Shown: piece by piece, positions 42,781-52,100 of the stretch
How the letters are laid out: the number at the start of each line of letters is the position of its first letter
Position numbering within the stretch: position 1 is the first letter of the stretch
Origin: a virus
Lineage: Duplodnaviria > Caudoviricetes
Virus record (IMG/VR): IMGVR_UViG_3300010338_000470
Direction: 5' to 3' (one strand)
DNA: 64,000 bases
Made by a program: the position numbers and the translations under genes
The notes under the pieces: model-generated
Told to the model about the DNA's origin: nothing
Seen by the model: only the letters and a program-made list of their open reading frames with translations
The model's database searches: none

Positions 42781-43763
42781 CAGTTGATCCCTTCCACTCC
42801 GCGAGACAGCAAGAAGTCCTTGAACACTTCATTCTGAAGGAGCGGTCTATGCACCTGAATGAGCTGCACCCCTGGCCAAGGATTCGCTTCGATGATCTTG
42901 GGTCCAGAGTCAGTTATCATGACGTCCCACCCGCAATACAAAAGCCCTGGACGCAACAAGTCGTGGGCGGTCGCCAGCATGCCGAGCGTCTCCTGCCAAT
43001 ACGGCAGCTCTACACCTTCTATCTTGGTCCCTCTTTCAGGGTGGACGAGCCAGTCCTTCTTATCGAAGAGAACTGGGATGCGCTTGGAACCACCACCTTC
43101 GCGGCCGTCCATAGGGGAGAAGTCCTCCCTGGTCCCCTTGAGGACTCCATCCTCAACCCACGTGGTGATGCCACCCAGGGACCAGTTGTCCTTGAATCCC
43201 GAGAAAAAGGTGCCCCACTTGTGTACAGCGGCAGCTGCATGCATCTCTCCTTCGTGCCAGAAAGTCAAGATCCGAAGTCCGTTGGCAGAATGGGGCCAAA
43301 TTGCTCTAGCGTACTCTCCCTGCTCACACATTTCCGTGACGATGTAGTCGACTGACTCCTCTTCGGAGTCCCTCATGTAAGTGAGGAATGAGCCTCGATC
43401 TAGGCCAGAAGAGAATCCCGCCACCCCCATTCCTTGAGACCCGCTAGCGGGCTTGACTACAACCGGGTTAGTTAGCCCCTCCAAGTCTCCCTCGTAGGCC
43501 CCATCCGTGAAGACCCCCAAAGTCCTGATACAGAAGCCTTCAGGGAGCACGGATGGAAGTCCTCGCTTGTCATTGAAGAACTCAGCGTTGGAGTTGACGC
43601 AATCGTCAGCGCTTTGGGTAGAGAAGTCCGAAAGGTAGTCCTCCAGGGGTGCATCCTTGTAGAGGTGGTGGCTCCACTGGTAGAAGTGGTCCAGGTTAAC
43701 TGTTGTCCTCTTGGCTACGCTCAAACTCAAGTCGCTCCTCCTTTGAGAGATTCCTGGTCTCAA
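42780..43763 (-). CDS. ATP-grasp ligase (ATPgrasp_ST-like)
   Basis: VVVKPASGSQGMG, LRILT, GWDVMITDSGPKIIEAN..P; start uncertain. Confidence 0.85.
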   Translation of the reverse strand: MRPGISQRRSDLSLSVAKRTTVNLDHFYQWSHHLYKDAPLEDYLSDFSTQSADDCVNSNAEFFNDKRGLPSVLPEGFCIRTLGVFTDGAYEGDLEGLTNPVVVKPASGSQGMGVAGFSSGLDRGSFLTYMRDSEEESVDYIVTEMCEQGEYARAIWPHSANGLRILTFWHEGEMHAAAAVHKWGTFFSGFKDNWSLGGITTWVEDGVLKGTREDFSPMDGREGGGSKRIPVLFDKKDWLVHPERGTKIEGVELPYWQETLGMLATAHDLLRPGLLYCGWDVMITDSGPKIIEANPWPGVQLIQVHRPLLQNEVFKDFLLSRGVEGIN

Positions 43764-44262
43764 TGGGCTTCCAGGCCTTGGAATAATTCCAGTTCTGGAG
43801 GTCCCTACTCTTCAGTAGGGAGCGATCATACAGCAGTTGAACTTCACCTGGCGTCATCCCCATCTTCTGGATCAGTTCATCTGGAGTGGCGTCATGAACG
43901 TCAATCAACTCTTGCACAAGGTCACTCATCCTCAAAGCGGCATGGGTGCCCTTGGCTCGATTGATCCTAACGGTCATCATCATGGCCTCCCTGTCGGGGA
44001 GGTCCAAGGCCACAAAGGGAACCTCACCCTCATAGCGATCCAGGAGCCCTGGATGGGTCTTGGCCAGGTGAGTTCGGTGAAATCCATCAATGATCAGCAT
44101 GTCCTTGTTTCCGATGATGGGGTGGACCCATCCGGTGGACAGTATCGACTCCGCCAGGAGATCAAGTTCCTTGTTGAAAACCACGTTAGGGTTCCAGTGG
44201 TTCGAACGAAGCTTGAAGGCATCCACGGACTGGACGTGGAAAATCGGATCATTCTGTAGCAT
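43696..44262 (-). CDS. IbrB/YbdM-like ParB-domain protein
   Basis: WNPN, HPII, IIDGFHR, TVRINRAKG.H. Confidence 0.88.
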   Translation of the reverse strand: MLQNDPIFHVQSVDAFKLRSNHWNPNVVFNKELDLLAESILSTGWVHPIIGNKDMLIIDGFHRTHLAKTHPGLLDRYEGEVPFVALDLPDREAMMMTVRINRAKGTHAALRMSDLVQELIDVHDATPDELIQKMGMTPGEVQLLYDRSLLKSRDLQNWNYSKAWKPIETRNLSKEERLEFERSQEDNS

Positions 44263-45349
44263 TCTTGGTTCCTTTGTGAGCCTTGCTGTCAACGTACACG
44301 CCCGCCATCCTCTGTTTTATGGTGCCGAAAGCAATATTTCTCAACAGTAGGTCGATTGGATAGTTCTCTGGATCCTTCTGGTGCCTCATCTTCCACAGCT
44401 TGACGCTCTCAAAGGCTAGCTGTTGGTTAGCTTCCGGTACATTCTCCTTGATGTACCTCATGACCCCGTTGAACCCCTTGCCCTTGTAATCCCTGATGAT
44501 GGCGTCCTGATCGAAGTCATCCCAGTATCGGGACTGGTCGAGCATGTCAGGGAAGACCTCTACGATGGACTGATAGAACTCTGGCTCAATGCTTGCTAAG
44601 GCCTTGAACTTCTTGGCTGCCACAACATGCAGGGCTGTGGAGACTCTAAGTCCTATTCCCGCTATGTCCTGTGCTTCGTAGACCGGGCACCAGTCTTCCC
44701 CGCAGTCGTATATGTACTTGAGTACATCATTCTGCTCCCAGTCATACAGGGGCTTGCAAAGCTTCACCCTGGAGCGAGTGTTGTGCTCAATCGAAGAGAT
44801 GTAGTTCTCGTTCAACTTTTGAGTGACGGAGCGAAACCTGACAAGACTTTCGGAGGCTCTCACCCCTGTCATGAAGGCGACCTTGCCCGCTGGGAACAGG
44901 TAGTTGGCGATCAAGTCATCAACAGAGTTCTGGTCAGAGGCAACATCAAGGCCCACCATCTCTCCGGTGATCGCCCACTCTGGCATTTCCCCCACCCATT
45001 CCCGGTCTGGGTCCCATTCCGTGTACCGTTGCTTTTCCCCCAGGACGAACTTGGAGTTAGCCATGGGAAGACAAAACCAGTGAAGGTCACACCAGTCTTC
45101 CTCGGTCCTGAACTTGTTCACGAACTCAAGGACGGAAGGATTGATGACTTCCTCGTGGCGGAAGGCCACCTTGACTGGCCCAAGGTCATTCTTCTCGTGA
45201 AACTCCTTGACCATCAAGAGCAGAGCAAGAGAGTCCTTGCCCCCGGAGAACATGACAGCACAATGGTCGAACACATCGTAGATGTGTGCCACTCTCTCCT
45301 TGGCTGCCTCGACAACATCTATGTCTAGGTACTTCTTCGCTCTAGGCAC
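44249..45349 (-). CDS. IbrA/YbdN-like PAPS-reductase-fold (PP-loop) protein
   Basis: FSGGKDS, GVRASES..R, PLYDW. Confidence 0.9.
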   Translation of the reverse strand: MPRAKKYLDIDVVEAAKERVAHIYDVFDHCAVMFSGGKDSLALLLMVKEFHEKNDLGPVKVAFRHEEVINPSVLEFVNKFRTEEDWCDLHWFCLPMANSKFVLGEKQRYTEWDPDREWVGEMPEWAITGEMVGLDVASDQNSVDDLIANYLFPAGKVAFMTGVRASESLVRFRSVTQKLNENYISSIEHNTRSRVKLCKPLYDWEQNDVLKYIYDCGEDWCPVYEAQDIAGIGLRVSTALHVVAAKKFKALASIEPEFYQSIVEVFPDMLDQSRYWDDFDQDAIIRDYKGKGFNGVMRYIKENVPEANQQLAFESVKLWKMRHQKDPENYPIDLLLRNIAFGTIKQRMAGVYVDSKAHKGTKNATE

Positions 45350-45992
45350 CGCTGTAGTCCGTGTTTTCGTAGAGCCCCTTGTCGATCCAGTGCGGGCGGA
45401 ACGTGTCCCCTCGCTCGTAAACGTTCATAGGGACAGACACCCTGAAATCCCCCGGAGCCCCATCGGGCACCCTGTGTAGCATCTTATGGCCCTCAAAGAC
45501 CGCCAAGTGTCCAGGTATCGGATCGACATCAACGTAAGTCCCGTTGATTTCGATTTGAAGAGGGCTGCCATTCGAGACAAACACCAGCATGCTCATGGGG
45601 TTTGTGTCGTAGTGGAGGCCCTCACATCCGCCCTCTTCGTAAACTCTGACGTTCACTCCAGAAATCTGGTGGGGAGAGGGGACAAGGTCTCTTCCCGAGA
45701 TGGCCGATGTCACCCTGGCAAGCTCACGGTACTGGTTGATCAGCTCTGGGACTATCTCACAAGAAACAAACCCGTCATACAGCCCATAGTTAGCGTACTC
45801 GCCTTGAGACCCAAAAGTATTCCTCTTGATTTCACAATCAGGACGGTTCACTCTCAGGTCCTTGATCCTGTCGATGACGAGCTGACATTCAGCTTCAGTC
45901 AATACCGGAGTCTCAAGAATTGCAAACCTGTAGCGATCATACAGGCGCATGCACTCAATAATCGAACCCGTCAACTTCTCTGAGGAAAGCAT
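45342..45992 (-). CDS. 2OG-Fe(II) oxygenase
   Basis: N..Y..G..LHYD...LHRV...RVS. Confidence 0.85.
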   Translation of the reverse strand: MLSSEKLTGSIIECMRLYDRYRFAILETPVLTEAECQLVIDRIKDLRVNRPDCEIKRNTFGSQGEYANYGLYDGFVSCEIVPELINQYRELARVTSAISGRDLVPSPHQISGVNVRVYEEGGCEGLHYDTNPMSMLVFVSNGSPLQIEINGTYVDVDPIPGHLAVFEGHKMLHRVPDGAPGDFRVSVPMNVYERGDTFRPHWIDKGLYENTDYSGA

Positions 45993-46656
45993 CTAGTCTC
46001 CCTGAAATAGTGTCTTCGTCGGGGAACTGCTTCTTGAGCCAACGTAGAAAGCCGAACCAGCGAGCCTGCTGATCTTCGTTCTCGAAGACCAGCGGGTACT
46101 GAATAACCGGAAACTGCTTCCGCTCTTGAGGCTCTTCGGCCGAGTCTTCCTCAACTTCGACCTCTGCCTCCTCTTTGGAGGAGAGATCTGATAGGTCCAA
46201 CTCAGCTTCCTCAAGCTGAATCCCGTCGATGATCTCTTGGATGTCTACGAGATCATAGCCTGTTGCATCTACAAGCTCCAGGTCGTCTTCGAAGACTGCC
46301 ACCATCTCAGCTAGAGCTTTATCATCATACTCACCCATGTCGTGAGTGTGGTTGTCCGCTACAGCGAAGGCTGCCGCTGTCTTCTCGTCATCCTTGGACC
46401 AAGTGACAGCAATGTGCGTGAACCCCAGCTTTCTCATGGCCTGGAGAGTCGTATTGCCAGCGATGACAATGCCGGTTTCTTCGTCCTCTTCGCGGACGGC
46501 CACAACAGGCTTGCGTTGACCGAACTGCTTTACGGACGCCACCACGGCATCCACATTGCCCTTGCGGGGGTTGCCTGGAAGTAGAGAAAGCTTCTCGATG
46601 GGGTAAGCCAGGGGGCGAAGATCCTCCTGGATGTAGGATAGATCAGGAGTTTTCAT
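45955..46656 (-). CDS. ParB/Srx N-terminal domain protein
   Basis: PGNPRK, FGQRKPVV, VIAGN, AVADN. Confidence 0.88.
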   Translation of the reverse strand: MKTPDLSYIQEDLRPLAYPIEKLSLLPGNPRKGNVDAVVASVKQFGQRKPVVAVREEDEETGIVIAGNTTLQAMRKLGFTHIAVTWSKDDEKTAAAFAVADNHTHDMGEYDDKALAEMVAVFEDDLELVDATGYDLVDIQEIIDGIQLEEAELDLSDLSSKEEAEVEVEEDSAEEPQERKQFPVIQYPLVFENEDQQARWFGFLRWLKKQFPDEDTISGRLDAFLREVDGFDY

Positions 46657-46737
46657 GACTGGATTATACAAAACCCCAGAAAGGGCGAGGTTTGACCCCC
46701 GCCCTCCCTGGTCCTTGTGAAAAGTGAATGAAAGGCG

Positions 46738-47019
46738 TCACTTCACAAGTGTCTGCTGTGCCTTGGCAGCCACTCCAGTAGGCTTCCAGATACCGTAGTA
46801 CGTCGCCACAGCGATGACAAAATACTCAACGGCTCCTTGTAGCGCCTCTGTTGAGAGCACTCCATTGGAGTTGACGTAGGCTGTCCCTAGTCCTGCCAGG
46901 GCTGAAAGAGCCGCCAAAAGGACTGCCTTGACTCCAGAGGAGGTGACTTCCTTGGTGACCAAGCCAACCAGGACGGGAAGGACGACAGCAACAACTAGTT
47001 CTACCCATGAAAGATCCAT
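46738..47019 (-). CDS. Holin-like membrane protein
   Basis: Three TM segments, YYGIWKPTG C-terminus. Confidence 0.75.
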   Translation of the reverse strand: MDLSWVELVVAVVLPVLVGLVTKEVTSSGVKAVLLAALSALAGLGTAYVNSNGVLSTEALQGAVEYFVIAVATYYGIWKPTGVAAKAQQTLVK

Positions 47020-47024
47020 GCGAT

Positions 47025-47339
47025 TCACCTCCCCTCAAGCGGAAACTGAACGGATTCAAGTCCATTCAGGTTTACTGAACCATCTTCAGAGAAGCCGAGA
47101 GCCTTCCAGAAAAACTTCATAGCCTTGCCGCGGGAACCATACACCCCCACCTTCAGGCCTCTGTCTCTCAGTTCGGTTGCGGCCTCCCTAGCATAATCAT
47201 CGTATGTCTCGTACAGGACCCCCACGGACGGAGACTGCTCGAAATTGAGGCCTATCTCCCTCTCCTTCATCAAGTCTCTCTCCACGTCGAAAACCTCGGT
47301 CTCGTCGTCCCCTAGCACCAGGATGAATTTGCTCTTCAA
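47025..47339 (-). CDS. Hypothetical protein
   Basis: Overlaps the upstream gene stop. Confidence 0.55.
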   Translation of the reverse strand: MKSKFILVLGDDETEVFDVERDLMKEREIGLNFEQSPSVGVLYETYDDYAREAATELRDRGLKVGVYGSRGKAMKFFWKALGFSEDGSVNLNGLESVQFPLEGR

Positions 47340-47659
47340 GAGAGTGCGTAGGGGGTCAGGTTCAGAACTTCATGAAGGGAGGAGTCGGAGTTGCGCCAGC
47401 CCATAGCAACGTGCCTGACTACTTCCCTAGCGTCTAGGACAGCTTCATCCTTGGTAGTGAAGCCACTGGAGGGGTCGACAATCCACCCAGTTATGACGTT
47501 ACCCTCGATGACATGCTTCATTCGCGGAACATCCAAGAGGAAGACCCTTCCATCCCGCAGTTCTACCTTGTCCACCCCACAGGGAAGGATTGGGTCGCTT
47601 GGCGTGTCATCAACCATCGGACTTGAACCTGACCTCTTTAGGAATCTCATTTCCTGCAT
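47336..47659 (-). CDS. Hypothetical protein
   Basis: ORF with GGAG RBS. Confidence 0.55.
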   Translation of the reverse strand: MQEMRFLKRSGSSPMVDDTPSDPILPCGVDKVELRDGRVFLLDVPRMKHVIEGNVITGWIVDPSSGFTTKDEAVLDAREVVRHVAMGWRNSDSSLHEVLNLTPYALS

Positions 47660-47680
47660 CTTAGCACTCCGCCCTACGCG

Positions 47681-47709
47681 TTGACACCTGAAGATTCGCC
47701 TGATACAGT
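47681..47709 (+). promoter_or_regulatory. Promoter of the leaderless DUF932 gene
   Basis: TTGACA-17 bp-TACAGT-7 nt-ATG. Confidence 0.8.
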
Positions 47710-47716
47710 GTACGTC

Positions 47717-48709
47717 ATGTCACATGACCTGCAAATCCAAAACGGTAAGGCTAGCTTCGCATACAACCAGCGCGTCGGGGATCCCTGGCACCGGCTGGGA
47801 GTCCCGGTGGATGGCAACATGACCATCCCTCAGGCCCTCCAGGCCTCCAGGGCTGACTTCACTGTCGAGAAGCTGCCCCTCTTGGCCAGGGAACCCTCTG
47901 GGCTCGTGTATGTTCCTCAGCGGGTCGCCACGGTGGCCACCTACACGGACGGAACAAAGGCTTCCCTCGGTGTAGTCGGAGAGGGCTATCAGGTAGTCCA
48001 GAACGAGGCAGCTCTAGAGGTTGCCTACTCGATCGTCGGGGCATCCAACGGGGATGCTCAGGTCGACACGATTGGGGTTCTCAGCGGTGGGGCTCAGCTC
48101 TTCTCCTACCTCGCTCTTGATGGTCTCGTCATCGACCCCACCGGGATCAACGATGAGATCGACCGAGGGCTGGTCATCTACTGGAGTCACGATGGGTCAG
48201 TTGCCATGACCTACTTGTTCTCCGCCATCCGTGTGGTCTGCCGCAACACCCTCTCCTTGGCTCTAAGCGGAGCGAAGAATGTCTTCAGGGCCAAGCACAC
48301 GGCTTCCGTGGAGAAGCGGCTAGAGGGCGCTCAGGCCGTCCTGGGGGTATCCACACAGTGGGCCTCGGCCTTCTCCAAGAAGGCTGAGGAGCTTCTCAGG
48401 GTCTCCTACACGGAAGACAAGTTCCAGAAACTGCTCACCCAGGTCTTCCCTGAGCCTCACGGTGCGACAGATCGCCAAAAGAGCAACGTCAAGGCAGTCA
48501 GGACCCAGGTGCGTGGAATCTTCGCCAACGAGAGGAACTCCAAGAACTACGGTTCGAACGGGTGGAGCATGTACAACTCCATTGTCGAATACCTCGACCA
48601 CGAACGGGACTCCTCGCAGGAAGACCTGTGGAAGGCAACCATGACCCCCGGTAGCTGGGTGGACAAGAAGAAGATCGAGGCCGCTTCCAGGATTCTGGAA
48701 CTCGCTTAG
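47717..48709 (+). CDS. DUF932 (LGT_TIGR03299-like) protein
   Basis: PWHRLG, YQVVQN, SHDGS, RVVCRNTL, KHT, WSMYNSIVEYLDH. Confidence 0.88.
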   Translation: MSHDLQIQNGKASFAYNQRVGDPWHRLGVPVDGNMTIPQALQASRADFTVEKLPLLAREPSGLVYVPQRVATVATYTDGTKASLGVVGEGYQVVQNEAALEVAYSIVGASNGDAQVDTIGVLSGGAQLFSYLALDGLVIDPTGINDEIDRGLVIYWSHDGSVAMTYLFSAIRVVCRNTLSLALSGAKNVFRAKHTASVEKRLEGAQAVLGVSTQWASAFSKKAEELLRVSYTEDKFQKLLTQVFPEPHGATDRQKSNVKAVRTQVRGIFANERNSKNYGSNGWSMYNSIVEYLDHERDSSQEDLWKATMTPGSWVDKKKIEAASRILELA

Positions 48710-49161
48710 ACAAATCCAGAGGCGACGGGCTTGTGGGGGACGTTGAAGCTCATCAACTGAGTGTTCGACCTCAACCACAAGTCCTCGACCTGTCCACCGT
48801 CACCAACAGCATAATCTGAGGCATCGCACTCGTACTGGTACAACACCCCGTTGATCCAGAACTTCATAGTGAAGCTGAACTGTTCCATTGCTGCTGCCAA
48901 CTCTTCCATTCTTGATAGCAACTGCCCCTGAGAAGATCCGACAACCCTCACCTTGAAGGTTAGGGTTTGCTGATCCTTCACAGCGTGCGTCAAGGTCTGC
49001 CCAGAAACGTATGGGGAGGTGGCGCTGGTCTTCCTGAAGGACACCTCACCTGGCCCAAAGCCATCCCTCTGAATGTAATAACCTGAAGAAGGGGCTACGG
49101 CCAAGTCGGCCAAGGAAAGCCAAGACCTCGTGATGGTGCCCTCTGACTGGAAGTCACTCAT
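48706..49161 (-). CDS. Minor/distal tail protein
   Basis: Position directly after the tape measure gene. Confidence 0.6.
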   Translation of the reverse strand: MSDFQSEGTITRSWLSLADLAVAPSSGYYIQRDGFGPGEVSFRKTSATSPYVSGQTLTHAVKDQQTLTFKVRVVGSSQGQLLSRMEELAAAMEQFSFTMKFWINGVLYQYECDASDYAVGDGGQVEDLWLRSNTQLMSFNVPHKPVASGFV

Positions 49162-52100
49162 CTCGTCAGCCTCCTTTGACGCTTCTTGCGCTCAGCGAAC
49201 CTCAAAGCGTCCTCCATGTTTACACCCTGGATCGGTCCGTTGAAGTTAGTCTGATTCGTTGTGGAGACAGGAACAACCACAGTCTGGGCTGCCTGAGCGT
49301 GGGAGGTCCCGAAAGCCCCGCCCCCGACCATGCTAGCCCCAGCGGTCCCGTAGAGGCCACCATTGGCAAACTTTGTCAAAGAGTAACCAAACTGGTTAGC
49401 CACCTCAGCGAGGATCGAAGTCGAGCGTGATCTCTTAGAGGAGGCCAGTGGGATGTAGGCTTCCCCTCCAGTCTCTGGCTCGCTCCAAACTCTGATTCCA
49501 CCCTTGTTAATCTGAGCCGAGTGCTGCTCTATGCCACCGTTAGCGTAAAGGCCAGCAGCCCTCCACATTCTGCGCTCAGTGTCGTACCACTCGGTCCCGA
49601 GAGTGAGCCCACGCGGGTGGTAGGCATACTGGAAAACGCCAGGAATCCGAAGAACAGGTTTCCCGTTCTTTACGAACCCAGTGTACCCCTGTACATTATT
49701 GTACTTATTGGATCGCTGCATTCCTCCAGGAGTACTAGACTTCGACCCTGAACGCGGGTTGGAAGTTCGAGGTTTGGCTGGCACTCCTCCCCCGCCAGCG
49801 CCACCCTGGGGGGCTGTGGCTATCCCGAGAATGTTAGCAACGTCACCCAGACCCAAAGAATCCAAAAGGGCCTTAACTTCTGGGACCTTGGCAGCGATTC
49901 CGCTAGTGATAGCCTCCATAATGCCAGCCGTACCCCCAACTGCATTGCCATGAGCCAGGACCATGGCCTCATTGATAGCTTCTGGAATCTTGCCCTGACC
50001 AAAGTCCTTGGCGTCCAAAATGGACTTGATTCCGTCTGCGATCTCCTGACCACCAACCTCGCCAGCATTCAGCTCCCTGAACATTGTCACGAGCATGGAT
50101 TGAAACTCTGGCCCAAGAGATGCAAACTTCTTCAATTGGTCGGTCGTGATACCAGCGTTCGCTACTCCTGCATTTCCAGACAGTCCAACGAGGGCGACCC
50201 CGATCTCCGAAACCTGAGTCTTAGCTTCAGCAATGCGTGTCTTTACCTCCTGCCACGTTGGCGACAGGTTAGGGTTCATCTTCTTGACGCTTTCCGTAAG
50301 CGCCTCGCTCATCTTATGGAACTGGGATTCGCTGGCTGAAACAAAGGACTCGATAATTGGGAGTCCCTCAGCCCCCAAGGAGGCGAGCTGGGTGATAATT
50401 TCGTCAGAAAGAGCCGACCCAACACCATTCTTGGCAAGCCGCTCACGTATGGTCAAAAGTCCATCAGTGAACTTCTTGGCATTGTCTGCTTCAGCTGTCA
50501 AACGCTTGAGGAAAGCCCCCGTGGAAGCAGTTACATTGTCATCTGATAGGAAGTCTTCCTTGGCCTTCTTTGCCTTCTCAAGAGAGTCAATCTGGGCATC
50601 CAGGCCGTCGATCGTAGCATCAGAGGCACCCTTCTTGATCTTGTCTCTCGTGTCTTTCAAGGAGCTGATGCGCTTCTCAAGGTTATCGTTGTAACTCTTG
50701 ACTTCAGCCTCGGCAGTCTTGGACGCAGCTTCCTTAGCTTCCTCTTGAACTTTACCGAAGGCGCTGGAGAAGCTAGCGCCATACCCTGAAGCCGCAGCTT
50801 CGAAGACGGCATTGATGCTGGACACGATCTTAGTTGGATCTACGATCTCCTGGAGCGCCCCCTTGAACGCATCGTTGATCTTGTTGGCGGATTCGACCAT
50901 CTCATTAGAGGCGTCCTCGGTCATGCCCGCTGCCTCTTCCATGCTGAAACCAGCACCAAGGGCAGCCTCTCCGACTTCCTTCATGTCTGTCTTGAAGTCC
51001 TTGCGGGCGTCCTTGGACTTCTGGTTGTTCACGCTCTCGAAGAAGTCCATGCCCTTGGACTCCGCCATTTTCTGAACCTCAGCAACCCCAAGGCCCGTTT
51101 CCTTGGCCAGAATCTTGTAGTTTTCTTGAGCGTTCTTGATGGCCTTGCGCTCTGCTGCCTGCGACTCCTCCAGAGCCTTCTTCTGTTGAGTGGCAGCGTC
51201 ATTTGTGAAGACGTCAAAGAAAGGATTTGCCTTCTCCCAAAAGCTCTTGTTCTTTGCACTCGTAGCAGACTTTCGTGTGGCCTCGACGGCCTTGATGGCA
51301 TCCTGGTATCCCTTGATGGCATCCTCGCGGCCCTTGATGGTGCTCTTGTCCACCTTTTCATCAATAAGCTCAGCCCACTGTTGACCCATGGACTTGGCCT
51401 CGCTCTGGAACTGCTTGTAGGCCGTGACGACCCCCGCAATGGCGGTAATAGCCATCATGGCACTAGAGGCCATGCCTCCCATGCCTCCACTGAAGGTGGA
51501 AACGAATTGCCTAGTGGATGTTCCAGCAGCCTTCATACCGGCAACGGTACTCTTCGTGAATCCCAGTCCTGCCGCCCTGGCATTCTTGTAACCAGCTACC
51601 GTCTGCGCTCCGATACCAAGCTTCTTGGGGTCAAAGTCCCCAATGATTCCGCCAGCACCTTCTAGCATGGACCGGGAGATTCTCTGGCTCCCTAGTCCTG
51701 ATAGACCAGCCTTGAGGTGGGTGACTTCCTTAGACACCAGTCCAAATCCCTTGGCGAAGCCGTTGACGGCCATGTTGCCAAGCTTCATGGCGGTGATGAG
51801 AGCGATAAGGGGTCCAGCCAACGGGCCTAGGGCCTTCAAGGCGAAGGTGATAGCACCGAAGGCTGCGCCCACGGCCTTAAGGGTGACCAAGAAGGCTCCA
51901 CCAAGAAAGCCAACGAAGGGCTTCAAGGCCGGGATAGCAAACTCTTTCACGAATTCCTGGATGTTCTTCACTGTGGATGAGAAGGCTGGGCCGATAGTGT
52001 CAATAAGGGTAGCGGCAATGGACTTCCCCATTTTGGTAAAGGTCGTGAAGAAACCTGAAACAACATTCTGAGCCTTACTCATGGCGTTGGCGATGGACTC

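Noticed and set aside
44627-45328. Long antisense ORFs (for example 233 aa here, and others over the TMP and nrdJ genes)
   Set aside because: No recognisable motifs or promoter; expected shadows in GC-rich coding DNA, unlike 38099-38788, which has clear HNH/HTH motifs.
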